A stretch of 64,000 bases of DNA, taken from NCBI GenBank assembly GCA_043228905.1, contig JBHGNT010000006.1, positions 18,910,001 to 18,974,000 of the forward strand, written 5' to 3'. Below the pieces are notes generated by a model that was not told the DNA's origin, ran no database searches, and saw nothing but the letters and a program-made list of their open reading frames with translations. Of the stretch, positions 49,701 through 61,300 are shown one piece after another. The position numbers and the translations under genes were made by a program. This DNA is from Azolla caroliniana. Lineage: Eukaryota; Plantae; Polypodiophyta. Within the stretch, counting starts at the first letter, position 1, and every line of letters begins with the position of its first letter.

Positions 49701-52700
49701 AATGGATTTCTTCATTGGTTGAATGAATCCGACCCTTAGCAGTTTTTCGATCTCTTCTTTTACTCTGACAACATAATTGGGATTCATTCAGTATCGTCGT
49801 TGTTGTATTGGTTTAACGTCTTTGTGCAAGTTAATCTTGTGTTGACAGAAAGCAAGATCATTCCCTTTCATATCTTCAAACGACCACGCAAATACATCCT
49901 TATACTAGCGTAGTAATGCTATGAGTTTGGTCTTCTCGTCCGACTACATCTCCCTGGCTATTAAAACAAATTTCAGCTCACTGTTGTTTTCTGCCAGATT
50001 TAATTCTTTGAGTGTTGAAGCCTGCACGTGTTGTGATACATGCATCTCTTTTTCCATGGCTTCATGTTGATGTCGTAACTCCATTAAAGTTTTATCATCG
50101 ACCAGAACATCTACATCCCGCTCTTCATTATTGATGTATGGAGTGATATTTTCGACTACATCAATTTCAAATAAGGAAATGATTTTTGGGATTTTCATCT
50201 AAGTATTGATTTAATTCCTTGTCATCTAATCCTTCTATCATATTGAAGGATTCAACATATAAAGGAACCAATTCTTGTTTTGTTATCACCTTTTCCTGAG
50301 TTGGAACTCTGATTGTTGTCTTACCCTTCTGGAATGTAATAAGATTCTTTTGCCAATTTTGTTTGATATTGGCTATTCGAAGGCGTGGTCAACCTAACAG
50401 CAAAGGGTGTGCTCTTGCGCCTCTAAATGTAGGACAATTACCGATATTTGGAATGAATGTCCTCCGATGAAAATGTCCAGTTGTTGAATTAATCCCAGTG
50501 GTTGAATAACCAGAATGAACATGGGCACACTTCCCATTCTGTGATGCCAAGTCGATCGCAAGTGGTTTTATTAATGACTGTTGAGAATCAAGCTCAACTT
50601 GGTCTAGTGTGTGAACTCACCTTGAGAGTGAATAGACACTCCAACGGTCAAGAGTCACCATTATGTCACCACTTTGTATTCTAGCATTTAGAATGAGTCA
50701 TAGAATCATATTCTATGACACATAACTTATGAGCTTTCACATTCCCCATGCTCCATGAGTCTTGTAGTTAATGAAGAGAGAGGGTGACTATATAAAGCAC
50801 CCTCCTCCCACCTTGTATAATGTTGAGTCTTTCTCCTTTGTTAATATACTTTACCTTGCGTATTCTCTATGTCTTACTCCTTGTCTTTCTCTCACTCACT
50901 CTCTCTCTCTCTCTCATACACACACACAGTTCATATCTATTCCGCTGCATAGAATCCATCTCATGATTCTTTACATGGTATCAGAGACATTTGGTAGCTC
51001 GATCTAGCCCATCCGCGTGCACTGTGTCCTTACGCTGATGACCAAGAACCGGCTCATCGCTATCGTAGCTTCGCTACATAGTTCGCATTCGAAGAGAGAA
51101 GAAGAAGAAGAAGAATCGACATAATGAATAATCAAATGGGGAGCGCTCTCCATACCGAGAAGTTGAATTGAAACAACTTCGCATCTTGGGAGTACAAGAT
51201 GCACCAATACCTTGGGAAGACCGACCTGTTGAAACGGCTCCCGGATGCGCGACATGGGAGCAAGCCGCAAGCCATGTGATGTATTGCTTTGCGACATGTT
51301 CACGATCACATGCTTGGCTACATTCGCAAAGCCAAGACACCGAAGGAGGCATGGGAAAATCTACAAAAGATTTTCGCGGCGAACACAACCGCAAGAAGAT
51401 TTCAACTCCGCCAAGAGTTGAACAACATTCAACAAAGGGACATATCCATCATGACAGACACCTTGAAGATCAAGGAGCTTTGCGACTTGCTCGGCTCGAT
51501 AAGCATAAGTATCAATGATGATGAGATGGTGCAAATATGCCTCGGTGGCCTCACACCACGGTTCGGCGCGATGCAAACCACCGTTGTAGCAAGGGAGAAA
51601 TCTCCCTTCTTCTTCGAGCTCCAATCAATGCTATTGGTCGAAGAAAACCACGTGCGTACAAGGAGCAACGAGTCGGAAGGCCACATGCTCTACATGCACT
51701 TGAATGGAGGAAGAGGACGCAGACGAGCGAGAGGCCGATTCGGCTAAGGACAAGGCGGACGAGGTCCGACCTACGACAACAACTCCGAATTTCGGCCGCA
51801 AAACGAAAGCCAACGAGGAACCTTCACAAGAAGGGGGAGCTTCCACTCCGGCCCGAGTCGTGAAAACGCAACCAAATGCGGATATTGCGGAAAGCTCGGC
51901 CACCACGAAGAAGAGTGCCGAAAGAAGATGCGCGAATCGGCTTCCACAAGCCGACAACGCACGAATTACATGCACAATTCTGACTACAAAGAGTATAGCG
52001 GAATGTACGGGCACAACTCCGACTACGAAGATCGTGGCAGAATGTATGCACACAACTCCCACCGTGGCGGAATGTTCATGATGAAACATAGAGCAAAATC
52101 TATGTCGGCCTCTACCTCAACTAGTGCCCTCAATCCGAAGGACGTATGGTTTGTTGACTCCGGAGCCTCAAACCATATGACATCTCATAAAGAATGGTTT
52201 CTCAAAATTCGAGAGCCGGAGCGACCCGGTTATGTCAAAACCGGAGATGATACTACGCACCCGATTCGGCACATCAGCAATGTTCCGTTCGGCGAAAGAG
52301 GTAAGCAAACATACATTAAAAATGTCTTGCATGTTCCCACCATCACGAAGAATTTTTTCTCGGTCGGCCAAATGGTTGAGCAAGGGATGCAAGTACGATT
52401 CGACCAAGAAGGGTGCTTCAACGAAAAAGAGGGCCGAATCATCACGGGTGGAAGAAGAGAGGGCCAGATGTTCATTCTCGATTCACACGAGATGAAATCC
52501 TCCATGTTCACAAAAAACACGAAAGAAGACTCCGACATAGAGCTATGGCACAAGCGAATTGGCCACATCAATCTCAACAAACTCAAAGGAATGAAATCGA
52601 AAGGAGTCGTCATTGGACTCGCAACATTCAAAGAGAAGGAGATTGAAGGTGTATGAGAAGCGTGCCAATTCGGCAAGCAACACTGACACCTATTCCCGAA

Positions 52701-55700
52701 AGAACGGAACGTGAGCAAAGGTCTACTCGACGTAGTTCATTCCGACGTATGGGTACCGGTGTAGATGGCTACATTCGGCAGATGCCGATATTACGTGCTC
52801 TTCATCGACGACTTCTCCAGGCACACGTGGCTCTATCCGATGCGGAAAAAGAGCGAAGTGTTTGGACACTTCCAAAGGTTTAAAAATGAAGTTGAAAAAG
52901 ACATTGGTCGTCATGTACGATGCCTTCGATCGGATGGCGGTAAGGAGTACTTCTCGGATGATTTCATGGTGTATCTCCGAAAGGAAGGAATTCGGCGAGA
53001 ATTCACTTGCCGACACACTCCGCAACAAAATAGAGTAGCCGAGCGCAAAAATCGGCACATCCTCGAAGTAGCGCGGGCCATGATGAACGAGAAGCATATG
53101 CCCAAGTCATATTGGGCCAAAGTTACAAATATGGTCTTCTACCTAATGAACCGGTGCACAACATCCGGAAAGAAGCCGGACTTATCGCACACCCGAATAT
53201 TCGGCGCGATAGCATACGTGCACATACCCTACGAAAAGCGGCAAAAACTAGATCCAAAGTCGGAGAAATGTGTCCTCGTAGGATACTCACTCGAACAAAA
53301 GGGGTACAAATGCTAGAACCCATCTACCCGAAAAGTTCAAGTCGAGACGTCGTGTTCGACGAATCCGCATCCTGGTATGCACCAGAGAAGAGTCTGACTT
53401 CGACGCCAATCAACGCGGAACCGGCCGAACAAGAGCGAGAAGGTGGAGATCGCCTCGAAGACATGTTCACAGATAGCCCGATTACCACAAGACTAAGTGG
53501 TCCACAAGTGTCCCCGAGTGATCAAAGCACATCACGGTCGAGCCCGAAGATGGACAAAGGCAAGGCGAAAATGGCGGAATACGAAGACGATCGCTTCGAC
53601 GACGATGAGTCCACTCACTCACTTGATAGTGAGTTCGGCGGTTTCGATGTACCAATAGGAGCTAAGAAAGCACTCATCTTTGCAAATGAAAAGCTCCATC
53701 GCTCCACCCGTGAAAGGAATCCGGTCAGCCGATTTGGCTACAACGACTACATGGCATATCACTATGCCTTTATGATGAAGGTGGCGAAAGTACGCGAGCC
53801 GGAAACATTTTCCGAAGTAGCCAAGGATCCGCGATGGATCGAAGCCATGAACGAGGAGATGCAGGCACTACGCAAGAACGAGCCATGGGGTCTCGTTCCC
53901 ACCTTACCACACAAGAAGGCGATCGGATGCAGATGGATTTACAAAGTGAAGTACAACGCTGACGGTTTCGTCAACCGCTACAAAGCGCGACTCGTAGCAA
54001 AAGGCTACACCCAAACGCACAGAGTTGACTACGAGGAGACCTTTGCCCCGGTGGCAAAGATGACGACGGTACAGACTGTAATTGCGCTTGCCGCAACAAA
54101 AGGGTGGCACCTCCATCAAATGGACATCAAGAACGCCTTTTTACAAGGCGAATTAGAAGAGGAGGTGTACATGATACAACCATCCAGCTTCAACTCGAGC
54201 ACCCATCCGAAAGCTGTATGCCGACTCAAGAAGCCAGTCTACGGCCTCAAGCAAGCACCACGTGCTTAGCATTCGAAGATAACGCAATATCTTTATCAAA
54301 TCGGCTTCCGTATGTCAAAATGGGACAACTCCCTCTACATACGAAGCGATTCCGAAAGTCCGATCGTCATCATCTTATATGTGGATGACCTAGTCATTGG
54401 AGGTGAGCACCTCGTCGAAATCAATAAGGTCAAATCCCTCCTTTCCGACAAGTTTGAGATGACAGACATGAAGGAGCTCCACTACTTCCCCGGCATCAAG
54501 GTAATTCGGACTCCGGCCGGAATTATGATCTCTCAATGGCACTACATCCTCAACTTGTTATACAAGTTCTGTATGGCTGAGTGCAAATCCGCAGCAACCC
54601 CGCTCAATCGCAATCTCAAACTAGATGCGAACTCCGACACCAATCGGCAACTCATCGGGAGTCTCATCTACCTCAAGATCGGCAACTCATCGGGAGTCTC
54701 ATCTACCTCAGGATCACTCGACCCGATCTCAGTTATCCGATCGGTCTCCTTAGTCAATTCATGCAAACACTGCGTGATACTCATTTGGATTCCGCTAAAC
54801 GAGTTCTACGATACGTGAGCGGCACAATGGATTGTGGCATCCTCTACAAGACCGCGATGCCAATATGACTCGAGGGGTACACAGACGCCGATTGGGCCGG
54901 CTAAAAAGCCGATAGAAGATCAACCTCTGGATTTGTTTTTCCCCTCAGCAGCGGAGCAATATCCTGGAGGAGCAAAAAGCAACCAACCATCGCTCTTTCG
55001 AGCACAGAGGCGGAATACAGGGGCACGACAGTGGCCACATATGAAGCCGTATGTCTCAAAAGGATACTCAAGGATCTGGGCATACCCATCAAGGATCTGA
55101 TTTCCCTTTACTGCGATAACATGAGAAGTATCTATGTGGCTCAGAACCCGGTGTTCCATGTGCGGACAAAGCACATCAAAGTGCACTATCACTTCATCCG
55201 AGAGCATGTTCTAGTTGGCGATGTCGACCTACAACACATTAGCACAAATCTTCAAACGGCCAACATCTTCACTAAAGCCTTAGGATCCGACAAGCTATGG
55301 CAATTCATGAACGATCTCGGATTGACGATCCCTGATCTGCCAAGCTTGAGGGGGAGTACTGAATACACTACGCAATAACGCGTGGATTCCGCAACCGCCC
55401 AATGAACGAAGCCGCAAAGAAGACACTACGCAATAACGCGTGGATTCCACAACCACGCAACAAAGCCGCAAAGAGCCAATCTACCGCGCAAAGCCACGAA
55501 GAAAGATGCAAGCCGAAGCACAGACTTTGCAACTACGCACAACGCAAGCTGGAGCACGGATTCCGCAACTCCGCATAAATGCGAGTCGACGTGGATTTCG
55601 GATACCGTCTGAAACCAACTCGACTTGAGCTTGAGGGGGCGTGTTGAGAATCAAGCTCAACTTGGTCTAGTGTGTGAACTCACCTTGAGAGTGAATAGAC

Positions 55701-56140
55701 ACTCTAACGGTCAAGAGTCACCATTATGTCACCACTTTGTATTCTAGCATTTAGTATGAGTTATATAATCATATTCTATGACACATAACTTATGAGCTTT
55801 CACATTCCCCATGCTCCATGAGTCTTGTTACAATTAATGAAGAGAGAGGGTGACTATATAAAGCACCCTCCTCCCACCTTGTAATGTTGAGTCTTTCTCC
55901 TTTGTTAATATACTTTACCTTGTGTATTCTCTGTGTCATACTCCTTGTCTCTCTCTCATACACACACATGGTTCATATTTATTCCGCTGCACAAAATCCA
56001 TCTCATGATTCTTTACAATGACATTTACTCCCGAGCCACCATCCACGATGCTATTCGATGATTGATGAGCTTTGCTCATCCATTATTGTCAATCCTTTAA
56101 TTGGATTTGTGAAATTAAGCTCCACCTGTTCCGACTTTTT
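46775..56140 (-). mobile_element. Degenerate non-chromovirus gypsy pol (PR, RT, RH, IN), split by the copia 50579-56017
   Basis: Protease IVDGGSGVNV|INKTTCDRLG rejoins across the TSD. RT WLSPIVVVPKKNGK and VFLDNF. IN SDQGTH and YYPQANG. Internal duplication ~46900-47250 / ~47380-47760. Confidence 0.8.
50579..56017 (+). mobile_element. Full-length degenerate Ty1/copia element
   Basis: LTRs 50579-50975 and 55642-56017. TSD ATGAC. PBS TGGTATCAGAG at 50976. Motifs WFVDSGASNHM, SDGGKEY and LYVDDL. Confidence 0.93.
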
Positions 56141-56663
56141 GTACATCAAATATGTAGTTAGTGAGGATTGAACCTACAACCTCATATCTACAAGATATCA
56201 TGCCTAACCATTTAGATATGAGCATGTACTTGTATATAAAAGTTTAGTATTGTTATTCTAGCAGATACTACATTCCAGAATATTCTAGAGCCTTTAGTAT
56301 ATTAGATAGAAATATTCTATGGTGTATTCTAGATGGGTATATTCTAGAGATCATTTGTTGGGTATATTCTAGAGATATTTCTCAGGTATATTCTAGAGAT
56401 ATTCAATATTAGAACTTGTATAAATACTGGTAATGTCCCTAGTTCCTTTCAAAGGATTTAACACCAGTCATTGACACATCAATCTAGTATTCTCGTTTCG
56501 CCTCATCTTTGTCTCCTTGATCTTTATTTCTTACTTCATGCCCTCATGTCACTCACAACATCTAGAGTTCCTAGCCTCGTCACATCTAGCTCCAAGTTCA
56601 TCCATCGCTTGTGGCCCGATCATCTCTGCTCCGTCCTAGTTCACGCTTGGTGTGTCCGTGACA
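56140..56663 (+). repeat. Truncated LTR related to 865-1363
   Basis: Ends GTGTCCGTGACA. Reverse-complement homology to 865-1220. Repeated TATTCTAGA motifs. Confidence 0.7.
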
Positions 56664-56819
56664 GGTACTAACTTTAGTAACCCGGCCAATGGTAAAATTA
56701 TCTGACGATCGGCAAGAACCTGCCATGTGGGATCATTCTTGGTTGTCAACTCTATCACTTTATTCTTCCTATTGGTAGTTGGTACCTTTTCGACCATTTC
56801 ACTATTCTCTTGAATCATT

Positions 56820-57000
56820 CTCTTGCGTCTCCACTACTCATTGGCTCTTCATCCGGGCTCAACCTCTCATTTGGCCCAGTTAGCCGATATGAGATCGAAC
56901 TCTCTTCTAGAGTTCCGATTTCTTGCTCAACCATGGGCTCGGCCTCATTGGCATCATCCTCAGAATTCGGAATGGAGTCCATGGGGGTCGGAGATTGAGA
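56820..57000 (-). pseudogene. Short copia IN-RT linker fragment
   Basis: LEESSISYRLTGPNERLS..EEPMSSGD matches the linker of neighbouring copias. Confidence 0.6.
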
Positions 57001-58332
57001 CAAGTGTTGTGAAAGTGTTTTTAGAATTCAAGGTATTGAAGACTACAAGAATATAAGGTATGGAGCATTCACATCCGGAGGGCAAGAACACAAACAAAGG
57101 TCTTGAGGATAAGTCAAACAAAAAGCAAGACACGTGGAGAAAATTAAAAGAAGAAAAAAGCGAGCCAACCAAACACAGTCTGAAACGAACGCTCATAACT
57201 CATTCGTTTAGAAGCCAAATATAATGTGCAAATATGGGTTAGAAAGGTTGTGAAGTTAGCTATCTATAACTTTTTAAATCACTAAATTTGGACTTGGACG
57301 AGGGAGATATGACGATTTGAAGATTGTTGTGTCATAGATAAGAATAAGACTCAATGAAAAACTTTAAAAAAAGCATAAAAAAGAAAGCAAGGAAAACTTA
57401 TCTAGTGGAAGAGAACTTTATATAAAGCAAGAAGAGTAAGGTGGTACAGGAGTCTCTTTCTTGTGATGATTTCTTTCCAATTCATGTACTGTTGTTTGAA
57501 TTCTTATCAATAGATATTTGTAGTTGTATATTCTTTCTATCTTCCTTCTTTCATGATCAATAGATCTTTGTAGTTTTAGATTTATATATCTTCTTTATCT
57601 TTTCTTTTTATCATCACTCTTTCATTTTGGTGCTCCAGGGAGGGCCGATCCTTTCCGTATAATGGGAGGAACGGTTGTCCACTCATTGATGGTTGGATCT
57701 ACCAATTCATCATTAAAGTGATGGCAAGATATGGAGTTCGCGATGCAACAAATCTATGAAGAGAACTTTTCCAATTGTGTATGGTTTCATCAATGTGCTA
57801 CCTCGAGTATGAGAAGATGTTTTTAGATATATGGTCCACTTGGATTCGACTTGTTGGAGGCGTTGAAGATGTATACTTCAAGATGCAAAGATTCAAAGCA
57901 GGGCTAGATCGATATTTTCAATATGAAGTGCATATGAAGCACCCAAGGTCTTTACATGATTTGCCTCAAGTATGTCAAAGTTATGATCAACAATTGAAGA
58001 AGTTGTTATTCCGTGAAGCATATGGAGTATCGACATCATATACCATAAATCCAAGCTATAATAATTGTGGATCGGTCATGAGCCAACAACCAACATACTT
58101 GCAATGTCCGATTCAACAAGTTCCCTCATATCATTATTCTAATTTTTAGAGTTATGATGATGTTTATGAAGGTGATTCCAGAGACAAAGAAGAAGAGGTG
58201 ATGAATGTGGAGTTCCCCCATATAGTTGATGAGCACAATCATGATATAAAGAATGATGATGTGAAAGACAAATCCAAGGAGATTGTTATGAGAAGTGATG
58301 CTATGGATGGTGATGCCAATGTACATCATGTT

Positions 58333-61300
58333 TGTTAAGAAAACGTGAAGAAGGCACTCAGGCTCTTCTTTTGTATGCGCGGCGGATCGTAGTGTGCTGG
58401 ATCGTTAGCGTGCTCTAAACAGACAGAGAAAGGAAAGGGGACTTACCTCTGTAGTAGCAAAATGGTTTTCTTCTATTACATGTAGAGCTCAACTTGCTCT
58501 CGTCAGTCTTCTGGTCTCTCACTCTCTCTCAGAGTTCTCTACTCACTATTCTCTGTTTTTTCTTACTACTTACTTCCTATTCACTCTCACTTACTTTTAC
58601 CTAAGTCATAAGTTATTACACATGCAGCTAATTAGCTGTCAGTCGCTAAATAGCTGTTCACTAGCTAATTAGCTGTCACTAGCTAAATAGCTGTTCAGTC
58701 GCTAATTAGCTGTCCATAGCTAAATAGCTGTTTTACCTTTTTGTTCACTAGTAGCTAAATAGCTACTATAGCTTATTTCTCATAAGCATCACATACCATG
58801 TTGAGCTTGCTTCTCAACACTCCCCCTCAAGCTCAACTTATTCTTGCTTGAGGTTCTCTTCAATCTTCTTTTCCATTTTGCTTTTTAGCCATCTCATCAA
58901 TGTTTACAACTCCCATCATGTTCCGAAACTGTGTATGTTTTTCCACACTCAATCCCTTCGTAAGGATATCAGCAACCTGCTGATTTGTATTCACATACAC
59001 CAGATCAACTTCACCTTCCATCACTTTTTCTCTAACGAAGTGATAATGCACCTCAATGTGCTTTGTTCTTGCATGGAACACTGGGTTCTTTGCAAGCTGA
59101 ATGCTGCTCATATTGTCACACCAGATTGTGACAGCACCATCTATATATACTCCCAGATCAGCAAGCAGTCTTCTGATCCATACTTCTTCACATGTGGCTA
59201 TTGCAGCCCCTCTATACTCAGCTTCTATACTGGACAATGCAACAGTAGCCTGTTTCTTGCTACTCCATGAAATTCCTGCACTTCCCAAGGTAAACATGTA
59301 TCCACTTGTGGATCTCCTGTCTGTTTGGCTTCCAGCCCAATCAGCATCTGTATATCCTTCCAGATTTATGTCCAAATCAGCCCTGTAAAACAATCCATAG
59401 TTCTGAGTAGCTTTTACATACCTCAGAATTCTTCTGATGCAGTCCAAATGTGGCTTTGTTGGCTGTTGCATAAACTGGCTGACTAATCCAACAACATAGC
59501 TCAAATCAGGTCTTGTTATAGTCAAATAAATAAGGCTGCCCACCATAGACCTGTACATGTTTACATCTTCTATCTTGGCTCCCAAATCAGCCCTCAACTT
59601 GCAGTTTTTATCAAGTGGTACAGCAATAGGTTTGCATCCAAGCATACCATACTTTTTCAACATAGTTGTTGCATACTGTTTTTGCAACATACATATACCA
59701 CTTTCAGATCTGATGATTTCAATACCAAGAAAATATCTCAGATCTCCCAAATCTTTCATATGAAACTGCATTTCCAGATTTTTTTTCAACTTTCTTATTT
59801 CATCCACGGAATCTCCTCCAATAATCAAATCATCTACATAAATCAGAATAATAACAATGCTATCATTTTCACTTTTTACATACAAAGAAGGATCAGCTTT
59901 TGACATTTTGAAACCAAGATTTTTCAGAGAATCTGAAAGTTCTCTGTGCCATGCTCTTGGTGCCTGTTTCAGTCCATAGAGAGCTTTTTTAAGCTTACAT
60001 ACATAATCAGGATGTTTCTTATCTTCAAAACCTGGTGGTTGACTCATATACACTTCTTCTTCCAAGTTACCATGTAAAAAGGCATTTTTTACATCCATGT
60101 GATGCAAAATCCATTTTCTGGCTGCTCCTACAGCAAGTAGTGTTCTCAAGGTTGCCATCTTTGCAACCGGTGCAAAAGTCTCATCATAATCAATCCCTTG
60201 CATCTGAGCATATCCTTTTGCAACCAATCTTGCTTTATGTCTACTTACATTTCCATTGGAGTCATGCTTTGTCTTGTAGACCCATTTGCAGCCTACCACA
60301 TTTTTCTCTTTTGGTAACTTCACTAAATCCCACGTTTTGTTCTCAGCCAATGCATCAATCTCTTCTTGCATTGCATCCATCCATTTCTTCTCAGATTTTG
60401 CTTCTTCAAAGCTGTTTGGGTCAGGGATCTGTACCACCTTAGACATATATGCATAGTGCATAGCCATATATGTATCATACCCAAATCTTTCCACAGTCTT
60501 TTTCTCTCTATCTGATCTTCTCAGTTTCTGATTTGCATTCTTTATTGCCTTTTCCATACCAGGGATTTTCATTTCCTGTATTCCAAGGAAATCATCCAAA
60601 GACATATCTGAATCTTCATCTTCCATGTTTTTTGATAGGTCATCCGGGATTTCATACTCTGGCATTTTCTGTTTTCCTTTTTTGTCATCAGATTTTTTCT
60701 GTCCAGTTTTTCCACTCCATGAATTTGAATCAGATTTACCATCTGAGCTTTTTGATGGTCCAGAACATTCTGTTGATGTTGGACTTTGCTGTCCAACCTT
60801 GTCTCCATCTCTGTGACAGTCTTCTACATTTTCTGATTTGTCTTTGTCTTCAATCTCATTGTCTTCATCAGTCTCTGGATTTTGTTTTGGACTATACCAG
60901 CTGGCTAACTCATCAAAGATTACATCCCTACTTGTCACAATCTTCTTTGTTACAGGGTTATAGCATCTATACCCTTTTTGTTCTTCTGAATAGCCAACAA
61001 AAATACATTTTTCTGCCTTTGGATCCAACTTACTTCTTACTTCTGCAGGCACATGTACATATGCAAGGCATCCAAACACTTTCAAGTGTTGTAAGCTAGG
61101 CTTCCTGCCATAAAAACACTCTTCAGGAGTTGCCTCATGTACTCCTGATGTAATACATCTATTTAAAATGTAATTTGCTGTATTTACAGCTTCTGCCCAA
61201 TAGTATAATGGCATGTTCTTCTCAGTCATCATTGCCCTTGCTATGTTCACCAAAGTTCTGTTTTTCCTCTCAGCAACTCCATTTTGCTGTGGAGTATATC

